Shown in pieces: positions 10,964 through 20,636 of a stretch of DNA of 64,000 nucleotides. The notes under the pieces were generated by a model that saw nothing but the letters and a program-made list of their open reading frames with translations, had not been told where the DNA came from and made no database searches. This stretch comes from Alphaproteobacteria bacterium (GTDB taxonomy: Bacteria; Pseudomonadota; Alphaproteobacteria; Rickettsiales; JABSSG01): assembly GCA_030431375.1 (NCBI GenBank), contig JAUIIY010000002.1:21379-85378 (forward strand), given 5' to 3'. The stretch's first letter is position 1, and every line of letters starts with the position of its first letter. Made by a program: the position numbers and the translations under genes.

Positions 10964-11487
10964 CCAATCTTAATTTTTGTATCGCTAATGAACTGATATT
11001 CTGGAATTATCAAATTTAGTGGGGCAGGCCCTTTACGAATTCTTCCTGAAGTATCATAGTGAGAGCCATGACAAGGACAAAACCAACCATGATAGTCACC
11101 TGAATCACCGATTGGTATACAACCCAAATGTGTACAAACTCCTATCATCACTAGCCACTCTGGCTTACCTAGTTTTACTCTTTCTGAGTCCGGTTGAGGA
11201 TCTGGTAATGCTTTCCAGTCAACACTCTCTGCCTCTGCTATGTCTTTTTTTGTTCTATGACGAATAAAAACAGGCTTCCCCCTCCACATAATTTTAACTG
11301 TCTGACCAACAGCTATTGGCTTTAAATCAACTTCCACTGAAGCCAGGGCTAACACATCGGCCGCTGGATTCATTGAATCTACGAAAGGCCATAATGCTGA
11401 GGCAGCACCCACTGCGGTCATTGCTCCTGCAGTTAAAACAATAAAATCTCTTCTTTTCGGGTTCTTGGGACTATCAGTCTTACTCAT
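10960..11487 (-). CDS. petA: ubiquinol-cytochrome c reductase Rieske iron-sulfur subunit
   Basis: Twin-arginine leader ([12 protein letters not shown]) and Rieske boxes CTHLGC and CPCHGS. Confidence 0.95.
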   Translation of the reverse strand: MSKTDSPKNPKRRDFIVLTAGAMTAVGAASALWPFVDSMNPAADVLALASVEVDLKPIAVGQTVKIMWRGKPVFIRHRTKKDIAEAESVDWKALPDPQPDSERVKLGKPEWLVMIGVCTHLGCIPIGDSGDYHGWFCPCHGSHYDTSGRIRKGPAPLNLIIPEYQFISDTKIKIG

Positions 11488-11607
11488 TTACTTCTTTCAC
11501 TTGTCATAAAGCAATTTATATACACCAACAAAAAATAATTATCAAATCTTGGTTTTATCAACATTTTAATTTATATTGAAACAATAAAAAATAATTAGTT
11601 CAAAAAA

Positions 11608-12351
11608 ATGCGTATAGGCCTTTCTAATATAAGCGGAAAAATGGGTTTAGCACTGCAGGATGAGATCGCTAAGAAAGATGATTTTATTTTACAAGTTGGG
11701 TTCAGCAGAAAAAATATAAATAAAGATAATGTGCTTATCACCACTGAAACAAGCCAATTGTTCAGCTCTACAGATGTTATAATAGATTTTTCTACCCCAA
11801 CTTTTACTGAAGAAATCGTAAATGAGTCACGTAAGCACCAAGTTCCATTGGTGATAGGGACTACAGGCCTCAACGAAAAGCTAGAATCTCTAATTAAAGA
11901 AACAGCCAAAACACTCCCAATTCTTCAGGACCAGAATACAAGCCTTGGCATAACGATAATTAATGCCATTTTGCCAACTTTAGTTAGCAGCTTAACTGAG
12001 TTTGATATAGATGTTTATGACAAACACCATAAATATAAAGTTGATGCTCCATCCGGCACCGCTAAAAAACTAATTAAAACCATTTTAGCAACTGATAAAA
12101 ATCTCAAAGGTGAATTTTATCAAGCAGAAGAAGGGCCGAGACCAAAGAATTCATTAGGAGTTCACGTTACTAGAGCAGGTAATATATTTGGACAGCATGA
12201 AATTTCTTTTACTTCTGAAAGTGAGTCAATCGCAATTTCACATACTGCTTTTAGCAGGAATCTCTTTGCAAGCGGAGCATTAATAGCGGCAAAATGGTTA
12301 ATTAACCAAAAACCTGGCTTATACTCTATGCGAGATGTTTTTGGCTTGTAG
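11608..12351 (+). CDS. dapB: 4-hydroxy-tetrahydrodipicolinate reductase
   Basis: N-terminal GKMG Rossmann motif, IDFSTP, VIGTTG, and DKHHKYKVDAPSGTA signature. Confidence 0.85.
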   Translation: MRIGLSNISGKMGLALQDEIAKKDDFILQVGFSRKNINKDNVLITTETSQLFSSTDVIIDFSTPTFTEEIVNESRKHQVPLVIGTTGLNEKLESLIKETAKTLPILQDQNTSLGITIINAILPTLVSSLTEFDIDVYDKHHKYKVDAPSGTAKKLIKTILATDKNLKGEFYQAEEGPRPKNSLGVHVTRAGNIFGQHEISFTSESESIAISHTAFSRNLFASGALIAAKWLINQKPGLYSMRDVFGL

Positions 12352-13285
12352 ACATACGGCTTAGCTCATTTATAATTTTATGCTCAATTGCATCTTCACC
12401 TTTATAACCTTCTAGCTCATTAATCGTCACTATGGCTGTTGGGCAAGTGATATTAACTTCCGATAAATGCTCATTTATTAGGTCAATTCCAGCGATTAAT
12501 ATCCCTTCATTTTTAAGATCTTGAGCTAGTTTTATGGAAATTTCATATTCTCGCTCTGTAAGTTCCGTCTTCTCAGCACTCCCTCCAGCAATTAAATTTG
12601 CTATGATCTTTCCTTTCATTGGCACTCTATTAACCGCACCCACTATCTCTCCGTTAAAAATAAAAACTCTTTTATCACCCTTTGTTACCTCTGGAATATA
12701 TTTTTGCAAGAGGACCGGTAATCCATTATATTTCTTCTCTAATTTCTGGAATGCATTTTCAAGCTCTGCCTCACTCTTCACCTTTTCTATATCATTGCCA
12801 CCAAAACTATATAATGGCTTTATTACGACCTGAGCATGGCGATTTAAAAAATCATTTAATTGCTTAATGTCAGAAGAAATGCAAGTAGGGACCATATAGT
12901 CATAATAGCTTAAGCTAGACAATTTTTCTGGAAAATTCCTTAGTGCACTAGGATCATTAACTATCAGAACTCTATCCTTTAACAAATCCAACAAATATGT
13001 TGCAGTGATATATGACATGTCGAAAGGTGGCTCGTCACGCACTAGCAAACAATCAAACTCTTCCAGATTCATATATTGCTGCTTTGCAACTTTTATGGAA
13101 CCCGATTCACCAAGATACAACTCATTGACGGTTGCATAAACGCTTGTTCCCTCAACATACAAACTCGAACGAATATAATAACAAACCACCGCGCCTTGTT
13201 TTAATGCCGCTTTGATTAGAGCTAAAGTTGAGTCCGTCTTGGAGGTTAATTTCTCCAACGGATCCATTTGGAAAACTAACTTCAT
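12326..13285 (-). CDS. gshB: glutathione synthetase (prokaryotic ATP-grasp type)
   Basis: Collinear with E. coli GshB as I remember it: MDP…K.DS(T/S), (R)DEPPFD…ATY, IKPL…GG, GDKRV, NL(A)AGG, E(V/I)N(I/V)T(C/S)PT. Confidence 0.8.
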   Translation of the reverse strand: MKLVFQMDPLEKLTSKTDSTLALIKAALKQGAVVCYYIRSSLYVEGTSVYATVNELYLGESGSIKVAKQQYMNLEEFDCLLVRDEPPFDMSYITATYLLDLLKDRVLIVNDPSALRNFPEKLSSLSYYDYMVPTCISSDIKQLNDFLNRHAQVVIKPLYSFGGNDIEKVKSEAELENAFQKLEKKYNGLPVLLQKYIPEVTKGDKRVFIFNGEIVGAVNRVPMKGKIIANLIAGGSAEKTELTEREYEISIKLAQDLKNEGILIAGIDLINEHLSEVNITCPTAIVTINELEGYKGEDAIEHKIINELSRMSTSQKHLA

Positions 13286-13292
13286 GAATTAC

Positions 13293-14114
13293 CTAAAATG
13301 ATTCAAAATCTTCTTCTGAGAAAATATCGTCTTTATCTTTTTTTGGTGTAGATTTTGGTGCTGATGCTTTTGGTTTAGGCTCACTGATAGGTTTTTCTTC
13401 TTTAGTTTTTGGCAATTCCTGAGTTTTACTTTCCTCTTTTGCTTTATCAACATCTTCTTTATCGAACACATCTATTGAATCGTCACTGACCCCATCTTCA
13501 CCGGTCACTTCATCTGTGCTCTTTTTCACCCTGATATAGGATACAACCTCTTTTACCCCGCTAATTTGAGATGCGATATCTGTTACTTTGCTTAAATTCT
13601 CCTGGGACTGAGCAATACCAATAATATAAACCACTCCGTCAATAGTTATAATATTATAGTTAACGGACTTAATATTTTTAGTGAAAAATAACTTACTTTT
13701 CAGTCTGGTTGTAATCCAACTGTCATGAGCGTACTGCTTTAGACTCGTATCATTGTCTTTAGATAATTTCAGCTCATTTATAACTTCTTTAACACCTGTT
13801 TGCTGCCAACATATTTTGATAATCTTCACCATATCTTCTCTAGAGGAAACGGTACCAGTCAACAATACTCTACCTTCACTCACTTTCACATTAACTGAAC
13901 CTACCAGGCTATCTATATCTGCATTTATGAAAGCGGCCCTAATTTTTGCCCAAACTGTTTGATCGCTAACCGCTTCACCAACAGTTTTATCTTGATAAAG
14001 AGCTTTCCCTACACCAGCAGCTCCCCCAGCCACCAAAACTGGGACACATCCCTCAACAAAGACAAGGCTTGAGATTACAAATATTATTAGAAAAAACCGA
14101 TTCTTAATCATCAC
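13293..14114 (-). CDS. BON-domain lipoprotein (OsmY-like) with a disordered acidic/lysine-rich tail
   Basis: Lipobox (LVFVEGC), two BON-like repeats (…VKVSEGRVLLTGTV…, …IITIDGVVYIIGIA…) and a 76-aa D/E/K/P-rich C-terminus. The start overlaps the valS stop (ATGA). Confidence 0.65.
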   Translation of the reverse strand: MMIKNRFFLIIFVISSLVFVEGCVPVLVAGGAAGVGKALYQDKTVGEAVSDQTVWAKIRAAFINADIDSLVGSVNVKVSEGRVLLTGTVSSREDMVKIIKICWQQTGVKEVINELKLSKDNDTSLKQYAHDSWITTRLKSKLFFTKNIKSVNYNIITIDGVVYIIGIAQSQENLSKVTDIASQISGVKEVVSYIRVKKSTDEVTGEDGVSDDSIDVFDKEDVDKAKEESKTQELPKTKEEKPISEPKPKASAPKSTPKKDKDDIFSEEDFESF

Positions 14115-16645
14115 AAAACAAATTTTACGTGTATTTTAACATCATTATTTTCGGAAATATAAATATTTTCAAGGTCATTCTCATTAATCGTCTCATTTAG
14201 GCTTATTGTTTTTGCATTTGAGACATTTTTGAGATCAACGATCATATCAGACGTTATAGTATTTTTATTATCCGCTAAAACAATGGAAAGCTTTTCAATC
14301 TCTGACCGCATAGAAAGTTGCTTGTCAGTTTTTGCCCTTCTAACCAGTTCAATAGCTTCTAGCATTTTAAGCCCACTGATATATATAGCATCGTTCTTAT
14401 TAACAACAACCTGAGATGGCCAGTTTCCTTTACAATGTATGCTACCTTCTTCACGATGTTTCATATGAAACAATGTTGCATAGAGATCCTCTGTAATGTG
14501 CGGCATAATTGGTGCAAAAAGTTTCAATATGCTCTCAATAACAAAACTTAAAGCAACTTGAGCACTTAGTTTTCCGCTGGCTTCCTCTGGCTTGTCAGAG
14601 TAAACTCTTACCTTTACTATTTCCAAGTAATTATCACAAAAATCATTCCAGAAAAACCTTTCAACTGCCCTTCTTGCATCAGAATATTCATTTTTCTCAA
14701 AAGCAGCTGTAGCTAGATCAATTGTTTCATTTAACCGAAGAATGATCCACTTATCCATATCACAAATTATATTGCTTTCTTTCCTAACTGAGTCATCTAG
14801 GTTTTCGATATGTGAAGCAACAAATTTAGTAGCGTTCCATAATTTGTTAACCAGCTTTTTTCCTACATCTAATAATTTTTCAGAATATGCAATATCAGCA
14901 CCCAACTTAGAAGTTGATGTCCAATATCTTACAATATCTGCGCCTTTATTATGTATGAGATCCACGGGCATTATTGCATTTCCCTTTGATTTTGACATCT
15001 TTGTCTTATCTTCTGCTAAACACCAACCACTAATCACAATATTTTTCCACGGGATAGAATTTTCGTGCAATAATGACTTTGCAATTGTATAAAATGTCCA
15101 GGTTCTGATAATTTCGTGTGCTTGCGGTCTCAAATCAGCTGGATATAATTTTTCATGTCTTGCATAGTCAATAGCATAATCTCTAGATATTGCCTGGCTG
15201 CTTAACTGAGGAGAAATCGCGCTGGTAGCCCAAGTATCCATCACATCAAGCTCAGCCTCTACTTCATCGCGTGTGTAACCTTTTGGTAAATCATGCGCAG
15301 GGTCAACTGGAAGCTCTTCTACATCTGCTACAATAATTTTGCCTTCTTCTCCTTTTCTTTTTGAATACCACACAGGAAAAGGAACACCAAAAAATCTCTG
15401 CCTACTAATGCACCAATCCCAATTTAAACCATCAACCCAATTTTCTAACCTGATTTTCATATAATCTGGGAACCAACTGATCTGACTTGCTTTTTGCTTT
15501 ATCTCCTCCTTCTTATCGAGGAGCTTGATTAGCCATTGAGGCACCACCTGTATTTCAATAGGAGAACCAGATCTCTCAGCGCATTTTACATTTTTCATGA
15601 CTGATTCAATTTTAACAACACAGTCGTTCTCTTTTAAAAAGTCGATCATTTTTGCGCGAGCAGCTTCTACTTTTAGCCCCTCAACTTCATCAATGATTTT
15701 TTTGGTTAAATCAGAATCGTTTAATCCTAATGCTTCGCTAAATCTAACCTTCGCATATTTATCTAATATCATTTTCAGGGGCAAATGATGCTTCTTCCAC
15801 CATTCGATATCAGTTGTATCACCAAATGTACAACACATCACAGCACCAGTGCCTTTATCCATAGCAACAGTATCGTCCGCAATGAGCGGAACCTCAACGT
15901 CAAAAAGGCAGGTTTTTGCTTTTTGCCCTTGCAAATGTTTATATCTCTTATCCTCTGGGTGGTATAAAACAGCAACACAAGCAGGCAACATTTCTGGCCT
16001 TGTCGTAGCTATGGTAAGTTTTTCTGCTCCATTTACAGAAAAATTTATGTAGACCATATGGCCTTCTATCTCTTTATCTTCGATATCGGCCTGCGCAAGC
16101 GCCGTTCCATCTTTTGGATCCCACAAATTAGGTTCCATGGCTCTATAACAGTGATTTTTGTGAAATAAGTCCAAGAAAGACATTTGCGATATTTTACGCG
16201 AATGAGGGCTTATTGTTTGATATTTTTGTTTCCAGTCAACACTTAGACCAACACTGTTAAAAAGATTGTAAAATTCTTTTTCTGCCTCTTCTACTACACC
16301 ATAACAAATTTTCTGAAACTCACTCCGCTCCATTTGATTTGGACGGATTTTTTTTACTTTTTCTACAAGCCTCTCTGTAGGCAAGCCATTATCATCGAAT
16401 CCCATTGGGTAGAATACATTCATTCCCTTCATCCTTTGATATCTCGCTATGATATCAGCCTGAGTGTATGAGTAAATATGGCCCATATGCAAAGAACCCG
16501 AAACCGTTGGAGGAGGAGTATCAATAACATAATTTGCTTCTCGAGCTTGAGATTCATCCCAGACATAAATATCCTTTTTTAGCCAATATTCTTGCCACTT
16601 GGATTCAATTTCATTATGTTTATATTGTCCTGGTATCTTGCTCAT
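14111..16645 (-). CDS. valS: valine--tRNA ligase (archaeal/rickettsial-type)
   Basis: Class I motifs TPPPTVSGSLHMGH and KMSKSKGN. The stretch after HIGH (…RYQRMKGMNVFYPMGFDDNGLPTE) resembles the archaeal type. The protein is 844 aa with no C-terminal coiled-coil. Confidence 0.9.
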   Translation of the reverse strand: MSKIPGQYKHNEIESKWQEYWLKKDIYVWDESQAREANYVIDTPPPTVSGSLHMGHIYSYTQADIIARYQRMKGMNVFYPMGFDDNGLPTERLVEKVKKIRPNQMERSEFQKICYGVVEEAEKEFYNLFNSVGLSVDWKQKYQTISPHSRKISQMSFLDLFHKNHCYRAMEPNLWDPKDGTALAQADIEDKEIEGHMVYINFSVNGAEKLTIATTRPEMLPACVAVLYHPEDKRYKHLQGQKAKTCLFDVEVPLIADDTVAMDKGTGAVMCCTFGDTTDIEWWKKHHLPLKMILDKYAKVRFSEALGLNDSDLTKKIIDEVEGLKVEAARAKMIDFLKENDCVVKIESVMKNVKCAERSGSPIEIQVVPQWLIKLLDKKEEIKQKASQISWFPDYMKIRLENWVDGLNWDWCISRQRFFGVPFPVWYSKRKGEEGKIIVADVEELPVDPAHDLPKGYTRDEVEAELDVMDTWATSAISPQLSSQAISRDYAIDYARHEKLYPADLRPQAHEIIRTWTFYTIAKSLLHENSIPWKNIVISGWCLAEDKTKMSKSKGNAIMPVDLIHNKGADIVRYWTSTSKLGADIAYSEKLLDVGKKLVNKLWNATKFVASHIENLDDSVRKESNIICDMDKWIILRLNETIDLATAAFEKNEYSDARRAVERFFWNDFCDNYLEIVKVRVYSDKPEEASGKLSAQVALSFVIESILKLFAPIMPHITEDLYATLFHMKHREEGSIHCKGNWPSQVVVNKNDAIYISGLKMLEAIELVRRAKTDKQLSMRSEIEKLSIVLADNKNTITSDMIVDLKNVSNAKTISLNETINENDLENIYISENNDVKIHVKFVL

Positions 16646-16692
16646 CTTCTTTAATAATTATTTGAGTATAAAACTAGTTAATTTTACCGAAA

Positions 16693-17553
16693 ATGCAAAT
16701 ATTTAATAAAGCACGACAATATATAGCACTGATGAGATTAGGAAATCCTACAGGTGCTTTGTTGCTCTATTTTCCATGCGTTTGGGGAGTAGCCTTAGCA
16801 GAACCATATTTCAATTGGTCCTATTTCCTACTTTTTTTACTCGGTAGTATAGTTATGCGCTCTGCAGGATGTATTATTAACGATATCTTTGATAAAGACT
16901 TTGACAAACACGTGGAGAGAACTAAAAACCGCCCAATAGCTAGTGGCAAGGTTTCTGTTACTGAAGCAATAATGCTTGTTTTAATATTATCATTAATTGG
17001 GCTTTTCGTTTTATTACAATTCAATTCATTATCCATTTACATCGGATTTGCTAGTATAATCCTAGTAATTCTATATCCTCTGATGAAGAGATACACTTTT
17101 TTCCCACAAGCTTTTTTAGGTCTGACCTTTAATTATGGAATATTAATTGGATATGCCTCGGTTCAAGAATCTACCTCTCTAGGCGCTATTTCAGCCTATT
17201 TTGCCTCTATATTTTGGACCATCGGTTATGATACAATATATGGCTTTCAAGATATCAAAGATGATAAAATTATAGGCGTTAAATCAACTGCTATTTTTTG
17301 CGAGAAAAATCCAAAATTTTTTATTGGAAGCACATATTCGATTTTCATAATTTTCTTTGCGATTAGCATCTATTTAGAAAAACTACATTTTTCATATATC
17401 AGCATAATTATTTTAATGACTATAATTTCCCACTTTATTTGGCAAGTTACCACGTTAGATACAAAGTCACCAAGAAACTGCTTTACCCGCTTCAAGTCAA
17501 ATATTTTAGTGGGATTTGTGATGTTAATTTTTATAATAAGCTTAACAAAATAA
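16693..17553 (+). CDS. ubiA: 4-hydroxybenzoate polyprenyltransferase
   Basis: UbiA prenyltransferase motifs NDIFDKDFDKHVERTKNRP and YDTIYGFQDIKDD. Multi-TM protein. Confidence 0.9.
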   Translation: MQIFNKARQYIALMRLGNPTGALLLYFPCVWGVALAEPYFNWSYFLLFLLGSIVMRSAGCIINDIFDKDFDKHVERTKNRPIASGKVSVTEAIMLVLILSLIGLFVLLQFNSLSIYIGFASIILVILYPLMKRYTFFPQAFLGLTFNYGILIGYASVQESTSLGAISAYFASIFWTIGYDTIYGFQDIKDDKIIGVKSTAIFCEKNPKFFIGSTYSIFIIFFAISIYLEKLHFSYISIIILMTIISHFIWQVTTLDTKSPRNCFTRFKSNILVGFVMLIFIISLTK

Positions 17554-17610
17554 TTTCTTGACTAATAAAAATTTTCTAATAATTATATCCTAGATATTGA
17601 GCGAGGATTA

Positions 17611-18123
17611 ATGAAAAAATACAAAGGAACATTAATAGCCTTATTGCTAGTTCTAGTAATCGCTTTTATGTTTATATTTAAAGAGAAAGAAAAAATGTCG
17701 AATATTGAATATACATTTTCCATTATTAAACCTGACGCTGTAAGCAGGCATTTAGAAAGCGAAATTAATGAAATTTTTGCACAAAATGGTCTTGAAGTGG
17801 TTGCCTTTAAACCTATGACAATGACTGTAGAACAAGCATCAGAATTTTATGCTGAACATAAAGGAAGACCTTTCTATAATTCACTAGTTGAATATATGAC
17901 ATCAGGACCTGTTGTGGTTCAAGTTTTAAAAGGACAAAATGCTATAACAAAAAATAGAGAAGTTATGGGTGCTACAAATCCAAAAGATGCAGCTCCTGGA
18001 ACAATTCGTGCTCAATTTGCAGAGTCTATTGATAGAAACTCAGTACATGGTTCAGATAGCCCTGAATCTGCAAAGAGAGAAATTAGTATGTTTTTCGATT
18101 ATAATGAAGTAACATCAAAGTAA
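17611..18123 (+). CDS. ndk: nucleoside-diphosphate kinase (possible 28-aa N-terminal signal-anchor; alternative start at 17695)
   Basis: Core from [16 protein letters not shown]… to NSVHGSDS matches Ndk. The longer ORF adds [34 protein letters not shown] sits 3 nt before the 17611 ATG. Confidence 0.9.
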   Translation: MKKYKGTLIALLLVLVIAFMFIFKEKEKMSNIEYTFSIIKPDAVSRHLESEINEIFAQNGLEVVAFKPMTMTVEQASEFYAEHKGRPFYNSLVEYMTSGPVVVQVLKGQNAITKNREVMGATNPKDAAPGTIRAQFAESIDRNSVHGSDSPESAKREISMFFDYNEVTSK

Positions 18124-18130
18124 GTTATAC

Positions 18131-18205
18131 GCCGGATTAGCTCAGTGGTAGAGCAACCGCCTTGTAAGCGGTAGGTCGTCAGTTCGAACCCGACATCCGG
18201 CACCA
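18131..18205 (+). tRNA. tRNA-Thr (anticodon UGU), CCA encoded
   Basis: Manual cloverleaf: acceptor GCCGGAT/ATCCGGC, D-arm GCTC/GAGC, anticodon arm ACCGC-CTTGTAA-GCGGT, T-loop TTCGAAC (one A·C mismatch in the T-stem), then ACCA. Confidence 0.85.
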
Positions 18206-18216
18206 CTCTTTCAAAA

Positions 18217-19887
18217 CTAACCTTTAAGCATTTCTTCAGCCAAGATTCTTGCGTTTTCTGTGATTTTTTGCCCAGATAATAATCTAGCAACTTCTTCTTT
18301 CTGCTCTTCCTTATCTAAAAGCTTTACCGAAGATTCAGTATAGTTGAGCTCGCTATCATTCTGCTTACAAACCAAATAATGCTGATCAGCAAATGTAATA
18401 ATTTGAGGAGAGTGGGTGACCACTAAAAGCTGGTTAGATTTGCTGAGGCTTCTTAACTCTTCACCTATAGCTGATGCTACACTACCACTAACCCCTGAAT
18501 CTATTTCATCAAATATCAGAACGCTAACAGGCAAATGTTCAGCAAGAACCGTCTTCATAGCCAACAGAAATCTGGAAAGCTCTCCACCAGAAGCAACCGC
18601 ATCAACAGGCGCAAGAGCGATACCCGGATTCATCGAAACTTCAAAATTGATCACATCCGACCCATCCTGTGATATTAGTTCTGGGTTATATGAAACTGAG
18701 ATAGAAAATCTAGCTTTACTCAAATCTAAGGCTGTTAGTTTCCTAAGAATTTTCTCAGCCAAGATTTCGGCCACCTTTTTTCTTTTTGCCGATAGATCAC
18801 TTGCCAAGGACCTAAATTCAGATTCATATTTCTTGTATAATTCTTCAGACTTTTTACATAATTTCTCTGCATTTTCAAGATTATGAATCTCTGCTTTGAG
18901 TTCATCCAACTTCTTAGGAAGTTCTGCTGATTGACATTGATGCTTTCTTGCAATCTCACGAATTTTAAATAGCCTTTCCTGAATTTGATCTATGTCTTCA
19001 GACTCAAGATCACCAAACTGCTCCTCTATTCTTGCTTCAACATCTTGCACAGATTGCAATGCATTCTCTAAACCAGCAATTATTTCTTCATTCTCTTTGG
19101 TTTGTGTCATTGAAGAAGAGCTTAAGGTTTTGATCATTTTGAGAATATTCTGAGAGACAGCCCCCTCTCTCTCTGATAACAGCTCCGCAACTTCTTGATA
19201 AATCTGCCTGGTTTTTTCATAATTTAAGAATTTTCTTCTTTTTTGATCTAAGACTTCTTCCTCATTCTCAGTAAGATTAAGCTTTTCTATTTCGGCAATG
19301 GTATGATGCAAATAATCAATTTCCTTCTTTCTGGCCTCTTCAAGTCGCTTCAAATTTTCAAAACTATCTTTTTCTTCAACATATCTATGATAAATTTCTG
19401 ATAAATTTGTAAGAATATCCCCATGATTACCATACTGATCAACTAAGGTTTTGTAGGAATTTTTATTTAGCAGCTTAAATTGATCACCCTGAGAGTTGTA
19501 ATCTAAAAGCAGTCTTCCCAATTGCTTGAGAACAGATATTGATATTGGCTGGTCATTAATATAGTTTTTTTGTGACCCGTTTTTCTTAAAGATACGGCGA
19601 ATTATCAGCTCGTTTTTTTCTTCGGATTCCAGACTATGTTCAAATAAGAATTTCTCTATATTTGAGCCGCTCTTAACTGAAAAACTAATTGATATTGATG
19701 TGTCCTTTTCATCCGAACTAACAATATCCTTTTTGATTTGCTTCTGGCCAAGCACAACTTCAATAGCATCAAGTAAAATTGATTTACCGCTTCCCGTTTG
19801 GCCGGTTAATACTGATAGCCCCTGACAAAAATCTACATCCACCTCTCTTAGAATGAGATAGTTTCTGATAGATAAATTCTCTAACAT
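18217..19887 (-). CDS. recN: DNA repair protein RecN
   Basis: 556 aa. N-terminal Walker A (GQTGSGKS), long coiled-coil middle region, C-terminal SGGELSR signature and FDEIDSG Walker B. Confidence 0.9.
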   Translation of the reverse strand: MLENLSIRNYLILREVDVDFCQGLSVLTGQTGSGKSILLDAIEVVLGQKQIKKDIVSSDEKDTSISISFSVKSGSNIEKFLFEHSLESEEKNELIIRRIFKKNGSQKNYINDQPISISVLKQLGRLLLDYNSQGDQFKLLNKNSYKTLVDQYGNHGDILTNLSEIYHRYVEEKDSFENLKRLEEARKKEIDYLHHTIAEIEKLNLTENEEEVLDQKRRKFLNYEKTRQIYQEVAELLSEREGAVSQNILKMIKTLSSSSMTQTKENEEIIAGLENALQSVQDVEARIEEQFGDLESEDIDQIQERLFKIREIARKHQCQSAELPKKLDELKAEIHNLENAEKLCKKSEELYKKYESEFRSLASDLSAKRKKVAEILAEKILRKLTALDLSKARFSISVSYNPELISQDGSDVINFEVSMNPGIALAPVDAVASGGELSRFLLAMKTVLAEHLPVSVLIFDEIDSGVSGSVASAIGEELRSLSKSNQLLVVTHSPQIITFADQHYLVCKQNDSELNYTESSVKLLDKEEQKEEVARLLSGQKITENARILAEEMLKG

Positions 19888-19895
19888 TGTCGGTA

Positions 19896-20636
19896 TCAGT
19901 TTTGGACTATATTGTAGCTTTCTCTATACCATTTGCTCGCAGGGTAGTTATGCCCTAGAACAGCAGCATTTTTTCTAGCCTCATCTTTCAAACCCAAGAA
20001 GTTATATGATTCCACTAATCTATATAGGGCCTCTTCTATGTGAGAAGTTCTGCTATAGCTTTCTACAACTTTTTGAAAACGCTTGATCGCTGATAAAATA
20101 CTTCCTCGGCTTAAATAGAATCTACCAACTATCATTTCATGGGCTGCAATATGGTCATTTACCAACTCTAATTTAACTTTTACGTCTCTTGCATATTGCG
20201 AGTTAGGAAAACGTTTCATCAGATGTAAGAATGCTTTTTTCGCCTGATATGTATTCTCCTGATCTCTATATGGTATATCAATTTGGTTATAATATGACAG
20301 AGCCTTTAGATATAAAACGTATGGCACTTCGCTGTTTGCTGGATGCAATTTTACATACTGATCAGCAACAACAACTGCAAGGTCATATTCACCCATCAAA
20401 TAATTCGTATAAACTTCCATCACCTGAGCCTTGGCGGCTAGGTTATGATATGGATATTCATACGCGACCCTATTAAAATTTTTCAGCGCATCTTTATAGT
20501 CACCTTTTTCAAGGTCCTTTTCACCCTTTTCATAAAGAATCTCTGCTGAAACCTGTTCAATCTCTACATGTTTATTTTTATTACTAGAACATGCAGCGCA
20601 TATACATAATAATAAAATACTCAATATTTTTTTCAT
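19896..20636 (-). CDS. bamD: outer membrane protein assembly factor BamD (ComL/YfiO)
   Basis: The start at MKKILSILLLCICAACSS gives a lipobox. This is followed by TPR-like repeats typical of BamD. The 25 upstream codons in the track ORF are probably not translated. Confidence 0.8.
   Translation of the reverse strand: MKKILSILLLCICAACSSNKNKHVEIEQVSAEILYEKGEKDLEKGDYKDALKNFNRVAYEYPYHNLAAKAQVMEVYTNYLMGEYDLAVVVADQYVKLHPANSEVPYVLYLKALSYYNQIDIPYRDQENTYQAKKAFLHLMKRFPNSQYARDVKVKLELVNDHIAAHEMIVGRFYLSRGSILSAIKRFQKVVESYSRTSHIEEALYRLVESYNFLGLKDEARKNAAVLGHNYPASKWYRESYNIVQN

Noticed and set aside
18099-18290. 63-aa minus-strand ORF and the 51798-52016 plus-strand ORF
   Set aside because: Both overlap tRNA genes (Thr and His respectively) and owe their length to the tRNA sequence. 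They are not credible CDSs.
18416-18886. Long antisense ORFs inside well-supported genes (for example 3801-4253, 18416-18886, 26191-26622, 27781-28215, 40206-40556, 41370-41972, 52171-52530, 60578-61036)
   Set aside because: Each lies wholly inside a confidently identified gene on the opposite strand (histidine kinase, recN, fumC, pheT, acpP/fabF, recA, MFS, fmt). They translate to S/L/I/F-rich low-complexity sequence with no motifs. These are typical shadow ORFs.
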